A model generated the notes under the pieces. That model did not search any database and was not told where the DNA came from. It saw only the letters and a list, made by a program, of their open reading frames with translations. A DNA stretch of 64,000 bases, taken from contig CAWHAE010000020.1 of the NCBI GenBank assembly GCA_963827235.1, positions 32,001 through 96,000 of the forward strand, written 5' to 3'. This DNA comes from an uncultured bacterium (GTDB lineage: Bacteria; Chloroflexota; UBA5177; JANWHV01). Shown here piece after piece: positions 49,929 to 59,982 of this stretch (positions are counted from its first letter, which is position 1; every line of letters begins with the position of its first letter). The translations under genes were made by a program, and so were the position numbers.

Positions 49929-51188
49929 ATGTCCAAGGAGCGGGTCATGGTCGGCGTGGACGTCGGCACTACAAAGATCTGCGCCTTGATTGGCGAGGTT
50001 GACCAGGACAACCGGCTCAATATAGTTGGAGTTGGCCAGGCGCCCTCGCAGGGTCTCCGCAGGGGTATGGTAGTCAATATCGATGAAGCGGCCGCGGCGA
50101 TACGCGAGGCTCTTGATAGAACGGAGCGGATTTCTGGTTATAAAATCGGCACTGCGCTGGTCGGAATTGCCGGAAGCCACATTACGAGCCAGAACAGTCG
50201 TGGCATTGTCGCTGTTTCACCTAACCTACACGAAATAACGCGCCCGGATATCGACCGCGCCATCGACGCGGCCCGCGCGCAGCCTCTCCCCCACAACCGC
50301 GAAGTGTTGCACGTGATTCCTCGCGAGTACGTTGTCGACGGGGAAGCCGGTATTCACGATCCGCTGGGCATGTCCGGCAACAGGCTTGAGGTCGAGTGCC
50401 ATATCATCACCGGCGCCACCACGTCGATCCACAACCTGTACAAGTGCGTGGAGAAGACCGGCATCGAGATCAGCGATATAGTGCCCGAGCCGCTTGCTTC
50501 GAGCGAAGCGGTGCTGACCAGTGCCGAGCGCGATCTTGGGGTTGCCATGATCGATATCGGCGGCGGCACCACAGACCTGGCGATCTTCATCAACGGCAGC
50601 ATCTGGCACACAGCGGTGATCGGTATCGGCGGCAATCATCTCACCAATGACATCGCGGTCGGCCTGCGCACGCCGTTCGATGTCGCGGAAGAGCTCAAGA
50701 AGAAGTACGGGGCGGCCGTGGCCGAGCGGATCGACGTGAATGAGATGATCAAGGTGCCTACGTTCGACAACACCGCCGGTGAGCCCGTGTCGCGACGCTT
50801 TCTCTGTGAGATCATAGAAGCGCGCGTGCGGGAGACACTGACGCTCGTGCACGAGGAGATACGGAATGCCGGTTACCACGGCGTGCTGCCGGCAGGCATC
50901 GTGCTCACGGGCGGCTCAGCGCAGCTCACGGATATCGTCGACCTGGCTCGCGACGTGCTGGCTATGCCTGCCCGAGTGGGCGGGCCGGCCCAGCTCACGG
51001 GCCTGGTAGACAGCATCAGCAGCCCTGCTTTCGCCACTTCAGTCGGACTGCTGACCTGGGGTCTGCGGTCGGGCGACTTCCAGAATCCGAACGTGCAAGC
51101 CCCTGTGGAAGGCGGCGGCGGTCCTTCATGGGGTGAGGTTTTCAACCGGTTCGTCGGCTGGCTGAAGCATTTCTGGGCATCCGCCTGA
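49929..51188 (+). CDS. ftsA: Cell division protein FtsA
   Basis: DVGTTKI, G.RRG.VV.I, P.GMSG.RLE, DIGGGTT, GG.H.T.DI, AE.LK, LTGG. Confidence 0.96.
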   Translation: MSKERVMVGVDVGTTKICALIGEVDQDNRLNIVGVGQAPSQGLRRGMVVNIDEAAAAIREALDRTERISGYKIGTALVGIAGSHITSQNSRGIVAVSPNLHEITRPDIDRAIDAARAQPLPHNREVLHVIPREYVVDGEAGIHDPLGMSGNRLEVECHIITGATTSIHNLYKCVEKTGIEISDIVPEPLASSEAVLTSAERDLGVAMIDIGGGTTDLAIFINGSIWHTAVIGIGGNHLTNDIAVGLRTPFDVAEELKKKYGAAVAERIDVNEMIKVPTFDNTAGEPVSRRFLCEIIEARVRETLTLVHEEIRNAGYHGVLPAGIVLTGGSAQLTDIVDLARDVLAMPARVGGPAQLTGLVDSISSPAFATSVGLLTWGLRSGDFQNPNVQAPVEGGGGPSWGEVFNRFVGWLKHFWASA

Positions 51189-51216
51189 CATCCTGGTTAT
51201 CTGGCAAAACTTACTG

Positions 51217-51273
51217 TGCTATACTCACCACACGTTATCGGTCAACAGAACCCTGAAGTGCTACTTCACGGGT
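51217..51273 (+). promoter_or_regulatory. Putative extended -10 promoter and leader hairpin for ftsZ
   Basis: TG-C-TATACT at 51217-51225. Hairpin ACCC-TGAAGT-GCT-ACTTCA-C-GGGT at ~51250-51273. Confidence 0.5.
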
Positions 51274-51358
51274 GAGGCACCGGTGCACCGGCCTGTGAGC
51301 CTGGACCTGGTGTGTGCCTGGAATGAGACAGCGTTCGGGAATAGGAGGCGCGCCCGGT

Positions 51359-52501
51359 ATGAACGTTCCATCGATCGCGGACCACGCGATAATCAAGGTC
51401 ATCGGCGTCGGGGGCGGTGGCTGTAACGCGATCAACCGCATGATTCAAGCTCGCATGCAGGAAGTCGAGTTCATTGCGGTCAATACGGACAACCAGGCGC
51501 TGTTGCACTCTCAGGCTGCGGTCAAAGTTCGCATCGGCGACAAGCTCACCAAGGGCCTTGGCGCGGGCGGTGATCCGACCGTCGGCCAGCGCGCGGCCGA
51601 GGAATCCTACGAGGAGCTGCGCGACGCTCTGCAGGGCGCGGACATGATCTTCATTGCCGCCGGCATGGGCGGCGGTACGGGCACCGGCGCCGCGCCCGTG
51701 ATCGCCCAGATCGCCCAGGATCTCGGTGCTCTGACCGTGGGCGTGATTACCAAGCCGTTCAGCTTCGAGGGAAACAGGCGACGTCGCGTCGCCGACGAAG
51801 GGGCCAACGCCTTCAAGGAGCGTGTAGACACGCTCATCACCGTGCCCAACGACCGGTTGCTGCACCTGGCGGACAAGAAGATGACCATGAACATGGCCTT
51901 CGCCCTTGCCGACGACGTGCTGCGTGCCGGTATCCAGGGCATATCGGACACTATCACGGTGCCCGGCTTGATCAACCTGGACTTCGCGGACGTAAAGAGC
52001 GTCATGTCTCAGGCCGGCAGCGCCCTGATGGCGATCGGCCGGGCTTCCGGCGATAGCCGCGCCACCGATGCGGCACACCAGGCCATCGCTAGCCCGTTGC
52101 TTGACGTGTCGATCGAAGGCGCGCGCGGCGTGCTGCTCAACATAACCGGCAGCGACTACACGCTGTTTGAGGTGCATGAGGCAGCGGCCATCATACAGGA
52201 GGCCGCCGATCCGGATGCCAACATCATCTTCGGCGCCGTCATCGACGAGAGCTTCGAGGGCGAGATTCAGATCACTGTGATTGCTACCGGCTTCGACGGC
52301 CGGCCGCAGTCGCAGCAGCCGATAGTCCGCCAGCAGGCAGGACGCCCGCTGAGCCAGCCGGTGGAGACGCCGCGCCCGGTAGTCGAGCCGTCGCAGCAGC
52401 CCACTCAGCCTCGCCAGCCGGCGATGAATCCGCAGATGCAGCCGTCCACCGATCCGTACGACTTGCCGACCTTCTTGCGCAACCGGCCGCAGAGTCGGTA
52501 G
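51359..52501 (+). CDS. ftsZ: Cell division protein FtsZ
   Basis: [18 protein letters not shown], tubulin signature GGGTGTG, NLDFAD, C-terminal peptide DLPTFLR. Confidence 0.97.
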   Translation: MNVPSIADHAIIKVIGVGGGGCNAINRMIQARMQEVEFIAVNTDNQALLHSQAAVKVRIGDKLTKGLGAGGDPTVGQRAAEESYEELRDALQGADMIFIAAGMGGGTGTGAAPVIAQIAQDLGALTVGVITKPFSFEGNRRRRVADEGANAFKERVDTLITVPNDRLLHLADKKMTMNMAFALADDVLRAGIQGISDTITVPGLINLDFADVKSVMSQAGSALMAIGRASGDSRATDAAHQAIASPLLDVSIEGARGVLLNITGSDYTLFEVHEAAAIIQEAADPDANIIFGAVIDESFEGEIQITVIATGFDGRPQSQQPIVRQQAGRPLSQPVETPRPVVEPSQQPTQPRQPAMNPQMQPSTDPYDLPTFLRNRPQSR

Positions 52502-52777
52502 TCATAACTGCCGGACGCGCTCCGCGCCCTGCTGCCCGTCTGGGCAGTGGCGAATAGCGTATGGCCGCGGACACGGGGCGAACGTGGGTAGGTGGCTCTC
52601 GAGGTTGGGCTGCGCCTCCGCGCTGAAACGCTGTCGGATGGTCGCTCCGTTGACCCGGTTCGAGGGTTGTCTGCTCACGCCCTGCGCGGAGCTTCGACAA
52701 GTGCCACGCCGGCGTACAGGGCTGCCCACCGCGCACACCTGCCTTCTCTGCTCTTCGCGGTGCTGGGAAATGGGGTG

Positions 52778-53467
52778 TCAGCGTTCCCCGAGCAGCCGGC
52801 GCAGACGCTCGATCTCGGCGTCCAGCCGGCCGATCTCCACTTCGACTTCGTCCTCGCGGTGCATGCGCCGTCCGTCTGCCAGGTACACCTCGACCGTGGC
52901 GCCGGCCACGGCAAACGCCAGCGGTAGCCTCTCGCTGCGGTAGGTGCCATCGGCCGCGGGCTCCCAGGGACGGTACTCTCCCGCCTGCAGCCTCCAGACG
53001 CGCATTCTCTCGCGCAGGAACAGGCCGGTAGGGTCAAGCGCCAGGTATTCCGGCACGCCGGCTCGCGCGTAGCTGAAGCCCTTGCCGCGCACCAGGTCCA
53101 GGTCGACATCGCAGGTCGTCTCGCTCAGGAATTCCACAATCAGCACAGGCGGACCATCGAATTCGATCGTGTGCGAGCCTCGCGCGGTATCGAGTGCGCG
53201 GGGATAGACGAAGACGTCCGGATAGGTGCGTACATAGGAGCCATCCGGGCGCCTGCATCCCAGGAGCAGCAGCTGCGTGATCGCTTGCCAGGGCAGAGGC
53301 TCCCCGGGCCCACGGCTCAGCCGCGCCGCGCCGTTGATACCCAGCCGCAGGTTGGTGATCGCCCCTTGGTGCAAGTCCGTACACAAGATGCTCTCATCGG
53401 TATCGTCCGGCGGCCAGGGCTCGACGGGGTAGGGGGGCCAGGCAGGGGTTAGCGGTTCGGTAGCCAT
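52778..53467 (-). CDS. Uma2 (DUF820) family PD-(D/E)XK-like endonuclease
   Basis: 'YPDVFV', 'PPVLIVEFLSETT...D....K...YARAGVPEYLALDP' and a coiled-coil tail 'EIERLRRLL'. Confidence 0.85.
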   Translation of the reverse strand: MATEPLTPAWPPYPVEPWPPDDTDESILCTDLHQGAITNLRLGINGAARLSRGPGEPLPWQAITQLLLLGCRRPDGSYVRTYPDVFVYPRALDTARGSHTIEFDGPPVLIVEFLSETTCDVDLDLVRGKGFSYARAGVPEYLALDPTGLFLRERMRVWRLQAGEYRPWEPAADGTYRSERLPLAFAVAGATVEVYLADGRRMHREDEVEVEIGRLDAEIERLRRLLGER

Positions 53468-53607
53468 CGTCTCGCCTCCTCGCGCCACTGTATCACCGAA
53501 CTCGAGGCCGGAATTGGCATGGCTATCAACGGACCTTCGCGGTACGATTGCACTGGCCTGGCCCGGAGGCGCCGGCCGGCGGGACTGAATGGAGCAAGGA
53601 GCAACGT

Positions 53608-54801
53608 GTGATATCTGACAAGGGTTGCGAGACCCTTATGGCAGCGGTGGCGGCGAGACTAGAGGTGTTTCTCGATGACCTGCGTGAGCTGAGCGCCATC
53701 GACTGTGGTACGGCCAACGTAGCAGGCGTCAATCGGGTTGGCGCGTGGGTGCAGGCTCGCTGCGCGACGAACGGCTGGGCCGTTCACGTGCACAAGGGGA
53801 CGCGACGGGCCGACGTCGTGGAGGCTCGCGTGCCCGGCACCGGCACGCGGCGCATTCTCCTGCTGGCGCACATGGATACCGTGTACGCCGATGGCGTGGC
53901 CGCCGAACGCCCAATGCGCACCGAGGGGAACGCGATAGTCGGCCCGGGTACCTCGGACATGAAGGGAGGACTGCTTGCAGGCGTGTATGCCGTGGAGGCG
54001 CTGCAGGCTCTCGCGAGGGTGCCGTTCGCCGAAGTCGTGTTGCTCTTCACCGGAGACGAGGAGGTCGGCTCGCCTGAGAGCAGCGCGCTGACGGCCGACA
54101 TAGCCAGGACGTGCGATGCCGCGCTCGTTCTCGAATCGGCGCGCGCCTCCGGGGCCATTGTGGCGGCGCGCAAGGGGATCATCGACTACCGGCTCGAGAT
54201 AAAGGGTCGCTCGGCCCACTCCGGTGTCGAGCCGGAGAAGGGTCGCAGCGCCGTCCTGGAGTTGGCGCACAAGGTGATTGCTTTGCAGGCACTGAACGGC
54301 ACGGTGCCGGGTGCGACGGTCAACGTGGGCGTGGTTGGCGGCGGTTCCGCGCTGAACGTCGTGGCGGAGACCGCGTTCGCCAAGTTCGAGTCCCGCGCCC
54401 TGGAACCGGAAGGCCTGGAGCGCATCGACGCCGCGATCAGGCACGTCGTCGGCCGCGCCGTTGTGCCGGACACCACGACGGTACTGAGCACGCATCGCGG
54501 CTTTCCTCCCATGGCGCGCACACCCGCCATCGAGCATCTGGTCGGAATGGCGCGGGCGGCTGCACGGGACCTGGGATTCTCCGTGGAGGCCGTGGCTACC
54601 GGCGGCGCCTCGGACGCCTGTCTCGTGGCGGGCACCGGAACTCCTGTGCTCGACGGCCTGGGTCCGATCGGCGGCGACGATCATAGCCCGCGAGAGTGGC
54701 TCGCCCTCGACTCGATTGTGCCGCGCGTGGCGTTGCTGGCAGAGCTGATCACGCGTATCGCAACAGATGACGCCATGTCCGGCATCGCGGCGAGTCGCTA
54801 G
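53608..54801 (+). CDS. M20 family metallopeptidase (carboxypeptidase G2-like)
   Basis: AHMDTV, GPG.SDMKGG, DEEVGS, LESA, GRSAHSG..PEKG.SA, GGASDA, DGLG..G...HS..E. Confidence 0.9.
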   Translation: MISDKGCETLMAAVAARLEVFLDDLRELSAIDCGTANVAGVNRVGAWVQARCATNGWAVHVHKGTRRADVVEARVPGTGTRRILLLAHMDTVYADGVAAERPMRTEGNAIVGPGTSDMKGGLLAGVYAVEALQALARVPFAEVVLLFTGDEEVGSPESSALTADIARTCDAALVLESARASGAIVAARKGIIDYRLEIKGRSAHSGVEPEKGRSAVLELAHKVIALQALNGTVPGATVNVGVVGGGSALNVVAETAFAKFESRALEPEGLERIDAAIRHVVGRAVVPDTTTVLSTHRGFPPMARTPAIEHLVGMARAAARDLGFSVEAVATGGASDACLVAGTGTPVLDGLGPIGGDDHSPREWLALDSIVPRVALLAELITRIATDDAMSGIAASR

Positions 54802-54880
54802 CAGCCATGTTCTCGCCGCCCGCCCGCGCGCTATCCTATCCAGGAAGAGTCGCTCGACCTGTTGTTGAAAGGATCACGAA

Positions 54881-55915
54881 ATGGTGCGCATCTGGGGCAA
54901 GGAGTACTCTCGATCTGAGCTGTTGCAGCGTGTCGGTGGCCTGAGCCAAATCGGCGGCGTGGAGGCCCAGACTCTCGACGACGGGCCCGAGCGCGGTGTG
55001 AAGGCCTTGCGGCTGCGAGCCGGAGAGCTCGACTGTACCCTGCTCCCCGACCGCTGCGTCGACATCTCCAATCTCACCTGGCGCGGACGGTCGCTCTGCT
55101 GGCACAGCGGCACCGGACGCGTCTCCCCGAATCTCTTCCAAATGGAGGGCACCGGCTTTCTGCGCAGCTTCTTCGGTGGCATGCTGGTTACCTGCGGCCT
55201 GGATAACTTCGGGCCGGGGTGCGTGGTGGATGGCGTGGAGTACTACCAGCACGGGCGCATCCACAACATTCCTGCCTCCAACGTGAGCTGGGGCGAGCGT
55301 TGGGAGGGAGATACGTGCACCCTCTATGCCACCGGCACGATGCGCCAGGTCCGGCTCTTCGGCGAGAACCTGACGTTGACCCGGACGGTGGAGATCGAGC
55401 TCGGCGGCAATACTGTCAGGCTGAACGACGTGCTCCGCAACGAAGGCTGGCAGCCTGAGCCGTACCTGCTCACCTACCACATCAACACGGGCTTCCCGTT
55501 GCTCGACGAAGGCGCCGAGGTGAAAGGAACCTTCGACGCTCTGGAGCCGCGTGATGAAAGAGCGGCCCTCGGGCGCGACGACTGGCAGGTGATGCATGGT
55601 CCGCGACCGCAGTTCAAGGAGCAGGTGTACCTGGCTACGCCGCACCCGGATGGCAACAACTGGGGCGAGGCGGAGCTGTGGAACGCGAAACTCGATGGCG
55701 GCCTGGGACTGAAGATTCGCTGGGACCTCAGCACCCTTCCGTGGATGGTACTGTGGCGCCAGCTCGGACAGGGAGCATACGTGGTGGGCCTTGAGCCCAC
55801 GAGCTGCAAGGTGATCACCGGCCGGCAGGACGCGCTGGCGGCAAACGCCATGCCGTCGCTGGAACCGGGTCAGGACCGCCGTTTCACTCTGGAGTTTGTC
55901 GTCGTTACGTCTTGA
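54881..55915 (+). CDS. DUF4432 / aldose 1-epimerase-like family protein
   Basis: 'DGPERGV', 'PDRC.DI', 'GFLRSF.GG...TCGL', HGR, YHINTGFPLL, YVVGLEP. Confidence 0.85.
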   Translation: MVRIWGKEYSRSELLQRVGGLSQIGGVEAQTLDDGPERGVKALRLRAGELDCTLLPDRCVDISNLTWRGRSLCWHSGTGRVSPNLFQMEGTGFLRSFFGGMLVTCGLDNFGPGCVVDGVEYYQHGRIHNIPASNVSWGERWEGDTCTLYATGTMRQVRLFGENLTLTRTVEIELGGNTVRLNDVLRNEGWQPEPYLLTYHINTGFPLLDEGAEVKGTFDALEPRDERAALGRDDWQVMHGPRPQFKEQVYLATPHPDGNNWGEAELWNAKLDGGLGLKIRWDLSTLPWMVLWRQLGQGAYVVGLEPTSCKVITGRQDALAANAMPSLEPGQDRRFTLEFVVVTS

Positions 55916-56053
55916 TCGCCCGCCGTCGTCGCATTGACTGTACTGGATCGCTCAGCTATGTTGGAACCAGACGCCCTTGCGACACTCGTTTGGGCGGCTT
56001 GCGCACCGGAAATCCTAGCGTACGGTGTTTGACTGGACAGAAGGGTAAACAAC

Positions 56054-56461
56054 GTGATCACAGCTGGCGAAGTCAGCACTGCACAGGAGCAGGTCGTGAC
56101 ACTCACGGCCAAGGCGTCGGAGATGGTGCGAGGTATTCTGGCCAAGGCCTCGGAGGAGAACGACAACCTGGCGCTGCGAGTATATGTGAGTGGCGGGGGT
56201 TGCTCCGGTCTGCAGTACGGCATGGCCCTGGATGAGGCGATGGAGGACGATACGATCGTCGCCTATGACGGCATCCGCGTGGTGATCGATGCCGATAGCC
56301 TGGCATTCGTGCAAGGCTCAGAGATCGACTACGTGGATAGTCTGATGGGCGCTGGCTTCACCGTGAACAATCCCAATGCAGTGTCGTCCTGCGGCTGTGG
56401 TCATTCGTTCCGCACGGCTGACGAGAGTGGGTCGGCGCGGGGCTGCAGCTGCCATCACTGA
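56054..56461 (+). CDS. A-type Fe-S cluster carrier (HesB/IscA/ErpA family)
   Basis: LRVYV.GGGCSGLQY, IDYVDSLMGAGF..NNPNA.SSCGCG.SF. Extra C-terminal GCSCHH. Confidence 0.93.
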   Translation: MITAGEVSTAQEQVVTLTAKASEMVRGILAKASEENDNLALRVYVSGGGCSGLQYGMALDEAMEDDTIVAYDGIRVVIDADSLAFVQGSEIDYVDSLMGAGFTVNNPNAVSSCGCGHSFRTADESGSARGCSCHH

Positions 56462-56500
56462 GCCGCTGCGTGGCGGAGGCATCGCATCGCCCGAGTACAG

Positions 56501-56535
56501 ACAACCGCCGCGGGAGGTCCTCCCGCGGCGGTTGT
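56501..56535. terminator. 16-bp perfect hairpin, probable (bidirectional) terminator
   Basis: ACAACCGCCGCGGGAG-GTC-CTCCCGCGGCGGTTGT followed by GTTT, between convergent genes. Confidence 0.75.
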
Positions 56536-56603
56536 GTTTCCAGGGCCGGCTAGGAAATGCCTGGGATTGGCTTCCGTGCCGGCACCACGTCGCCGACATG
56601 GTG

Positions 56604-58448
56604 TTAGCTGCTGATGCCGATGAACTGCGCGCCGCCCCCGGTCGGCCCGGCGAAGCTGACCGCCGAAACGCTCTTGAAGCTCAGCAGGATTGGCCGCACC
56701 TGCCGGTTGTAATCGCGCATGTCCGCTCCTGTCGCCCGCGCTAACTTCTCGATCGTCTCTCTCAATCCGGTCAGATTGGCGTAGAAAGCGGCTCCGTAGG
56801 GCCGGTTCGGGAAGTAGACAAAGGCCTTCTTGTAGGTCGGGTTCGCCGCCAGACTGCCCCCGGCCGACGCCTTCACGATACCGGCGAAGTCGGCGGGAAG
56901 AGCGCTGGCCACGATCAGATAGCCGTGATAGAACGTATATCCTATTCCCGTGGGGGTGGCAGCCAGCATCTCCAGCGGGTTGCTGGAAGACGTGGGCACC
57001 TCGACGAACTGCAGTCCCTGGAGGCCGCTGTTCGGGATGGCCTGCAGGGCCAACTTGATGAATGCCAGGTCGGCCTGGACCGTGGCCTGATCAGTGATCC
57101 GCAGCGTTGCGACCACGGAGAGCGAGTTGGTCGGGCTGCTCTTGCCGAAGTCCCTGGAACCTGCAGGCAACAAGGCGATGGAGGCATCGCCGTGCATCCA
57201 CGAAAACACGCGGTCATCCAGGTTGATGCCGATTTGCTGGTCGATCTTCTTGATGATCGTATCGCCGTTGGCCAGGATTTGGGTCACGTTCAGGTCACCA
57301 GGCTGCAGATGCGGGTTCTTCTGCGCGGCCATGGCACCGGCGTAGGCACCGATCAACAGGTCGCGAATCAGCGTCCCCGGATCGTTGAGGCCGGCGTATG
57401 CCAGCGTATCCGCCGGTAGGAAGCTCGGTTCCGTCAGGCCCGTGGCAGTGAGGCCCAGGCTGCTGGAGAGCGATCCGACCGCGACACGCGGACTGCTCGT
57501 GGTCAGAATGCCGTCGGGCTCAGCGCTCACTGAATACGCATCGCTCAATGTGCCGGGCTGCGCAGGGAACGCAGTTCGCCACGCGCGGGCGGACGGATTG
57601 GTCGCCAATGCCTTGACGAGCGGGCGCCACTGCTCGGTATCGACGTGCACGTAGCCCGTGTACAGTCGGTCCGCCGGCAGGGCGCTCATTGACTGCTGGA
57701 AATCGTAGACGCCGGACAACGATGGTGCGGCGCCGAAGTAGGTGTCGATCGAGTGCCGCAAGGTGGACATGTCGGTGGCCAGCACCGCGATGTTGCCGGC
57801 GACCGCCGCGTAGAAGATACCCGCGATCACCGGCGAGGACCCGACCCTGGCGGTCTGCGCTCGACCGCCTCCGGCGCTGCGAGAGACGGTCGCGATCAGG
57901 CTTCGCAGATCGAGCTCGACAACCGGCAGGTTCCGATACGCCGGGGCCTGCTTGACAATGCTCGAACCCAGCAGAGCCAGTTCGGTGTTCAGCTGGCCGA
58001 ATGTCGTCCCGGACTGCAGACCGGCATCGAGCAGCATGTGCAGCGTGACTGCCGGCGCGCCATGGCTCCTCGCGGTCACGGAGACCGGAAGTATGGCCAG
58101 TCCAAGCTCACCGTCGAATATCTTCTGCAGGCTTCCTACTACCTGATTGATCACGAGCTCGGCGCTCGACAGGTCACCGGCGCTCGTCCCAAGCGCTTGC
58201 TGCAACAGCGCCCGAGCGTTGACGTGCGCGACGAGCGCGTGCCCAATTGTCTTGAGATTGACAGACTGGTTGGCGCTTGTGTCCTGCAGCGCACCGTAGT
58301 AGATCACGTCGCTCGGCGTGACCTGTGTGAAATCCGAATGTGCCGTACCCACGAATCCACCGGCTCGAGCCGGCGCGGGCACTCCGATCAAGCTCGGTAC
58401 TAGGGACAGGATGGCGATCGAGGCGAGGATGATTCGTCCGCGATGCAT
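56604..58448 (-). CDS. Secreted DUF3352-like protein
   Basis: Signal peptide ending PAPARA. Duplicated architecture with 'P.D...Y', 'GE.GLA.L', 'G.NLD..VFSW..GD.SIA', 'SL..NP.Y..A'. Confidence 0.65.
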   Translation of the reverse strand: MHRGRIILASIAILSLVPSLIGVPAPARAGGFVGTAHSDFTQVTPSDVIYYGALQDTSANQSVNLKTIGHALVAHVNARALLQQALGTSAGDLSSAELVINQVVGSLQKIFDGELGLAILPVSVTARSHGAPAVTLHMLLDAGLQSGTTFGQLNTELALLGSSIVKQAPAYRNLPVVELDLRSLIATVSRSAGGGRAQTARVGSSPVIAGIFYAAVAGNIAVLATDMSTLRHSIDTYFGAAPSLSGVYDFQQSMSALPADRLYTGYVHVDTEQWRPLVKALATNPSARAWRTAFPAQPGTLSDAYSVSAEPDGILTTSSPRVAVGSLSSSLGLTATGLTEPSFLPADTLAYAGLNDPGTLIRDLLIGAYAGAMAAQKNPHLQPGDLNVTQILANGDTIIKKIDQQIGINLDDRVFSWMHGDASIALLPAGSRDFGKSSPTNSLSVVATLRITDQATVQADLAFIKLALQAIPNSGLQGLQFVEVPTSSSNPLEMLAATPTGIGYTFYHGYLIVASALPADFAGIVKASAGGSLAANPTYKKAFVYFPNRPYGAAFYANLTGLRETIEKLARATGADMRDYNRQVRPILLSFKSVSAVSFAGPTGGGAQFIGISS

Positions 58449-58779
58449 GACGCCTGCTCCATTTCGACGTGCTGTAGCGCTTTGCTGTCTGAGGGCAACG
58501 ATACCTTCGTCGCTTCAAGTCTCAGCATAACCCATGCTCATGCTCGGCGCATTCCCCGTCTAGCTGTCAGGACTTCGCTGCCGGGTTGTACCATGCTATA
58601 GGTCGTCAGCTAATGATTCCGAGTTTCGGACAGGCCGCACCAGAGTAGAGTTTCCTACGGGTGTGGGATTATTTGTCTGAAGAGCTATAGTGCCGTAGGA
58701 CGTGTTTCGGGCTTCGCCGGCGCCATCGCGAGTACTTGATGGACGCCCGGCAGGCCGCCGTCGAGCTGCGAAGGGATTA

Positions 58780-59964
58780 ATGATGACAGAGTTCGCTACG
58801 CGTGCCGCGCACGCCGCTCGCCCCTTGCCCGGCGCAAGCGTTTCCCGTCCGCTACTCTCGCCAATCTATCAGAGCACGGTGTACGAGTTCGACCGCCTTG
58901 AGGATCTCGAGGCTCTTCGCGCCGGCGCCGTGGGCCATATGTACTACCGGAACGGCACTCCCACTCACGACACGCTCGAGCGTGCCGTGGCCTCGCTGGA
59001 AGGCGCCGAGGCCGCGGTTACCGCGGCCTCGGGCATGGGCATCGCCAGCGCGGCCATCCTCACTCTTGCCGGGGCGGGGGACCTGGTCGTCGCCGATCGC
59101 CACGCCTACGGCGGTACGTACAACTTGTTGACGCAGGATCTGCCGAGGCTTGGCGTACAGGTCTGCTGGATCGACGCGGTCGACCTCGATATGGTCGAAC
59201 AGGCCCTGCGGCAGCGGCCAAAGGCGCTTCTGGTCGAGGCGCTCTCCAATCCCACGATGCGCGTGGCCGACGTTCCTGCGCTCTGCGCATTGGGCCGGGC
59301 GGTCGACGTGCCGGTGCTGGTCGACGCGACCTTCGCCTCTCCAGCTCTCCTGCGACCGCTGGAGCACGGCGCCACTCTTTCGTGGCACTCGACGGCGAAG
59401 TACCTAGGCGGGCACAGCGCAGCCTGTGGCGGCGTGGCCTCCGGCGACGGCCGGCTGATTCAGGGCATGCGCGACAAGATCGTTCACATCGGCGCCAACC
59501 TCGGCGTGATGGATGCCTGGTTGGCCCTGCTTGGCCTGCCGACCTTGCCTCTTCGTATGCCGGAGCACTCGCGACTGGGTCTGGACATTGCTCACCACCT
59601 GGAGGCGCACCCGGCGGTGTCTCGGGTCTACCATCCCGGCTTGACCAGCCATGAGCAACACGATGTCTGCGCCCGGCTTTATCCGCGCGGTTGCGGTGGC
59701 ATGCTGAGCATCGAGCTGCGCGGCGGGGGCGAGGCCGCGCGCGCGTTCCTGAACGGCCTGAAGACGATCGCGTTCGCGCCCAGCCTGGCGGACGTGGCGA
59801 CTACGGTGTCCTACCCGTACGCGACCAGTCACTTCGGTCTGCCGGAAGAAGCGCTGAGTGCACTGGGGGTCGGCCCCGGCATGATCCGTGTCTCGGCCGG
59901 CATCGAGGCTACGGTGGACGTGCTGGAGGACATCGACCAAGCGCTAGCGGGCTGTGCCTGTTGA
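58780..59964 (+). CDS. Cys/Met metabolism PLP-dependent enzyme (cystathionine gamma-synthase/lyase family)
   Basis: PIYQST, YYRNG.PT, ASGM, YGGT, E..SNP, VDATF, HSTAKYLGGHS (PLP Lys), SL.DV.T, RVSAGIE. Confidence 0.9.
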   Translation: MMTEFATRAAHAARPLPGASVSRPLLSPIYQSTVYEFDRLEDLEALRAGAVGHMYYRNGTPTHDTLERAVASLEGAEAAVTAASGMGIASAAILTLAGAGDLVVADRHAYGGTYNLLTQDLPRLGVQVCWIDAVDLDMVEQALRQRPKALLVEALSNPTMRVADVPALCALGRAVDVPVLVDATFASPALLRPLEHGATLSWHSTAKYLGGHSAACGGVASGDGRLIQGMRDKIVHIGANLGVMDAWLALLGLPTLPLRMPEHSRLGLDIAHHLEAHPAVSRVYHPGLTSHEQHDVCARLYPRGCGGMLSIELRGGGEAARAFLNGLKTIAFAPSLADVATTVSYPYATSHFGLPEEALSALGVGPGMIRVSAGIEATVDVLEDIDQALAGCAC

Positions 59965-59982
59965 CGGGCGGGGCGAAGCCGC

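Noticed and set aside
52778-53467. Uma2 nuclease as a defence system or mobile element
   Set aside because: It is a solitary gene with no methylase, repeats or transposase. The family is commonly expanded as stand-alone paralogs.
58595-58635. Minus-strand CTGACGA and GAAA suggesting a hammerhead ribozyme
   Set aside because: Stems I and III and the NUH cleavage site cannot be formed with the required geometry.
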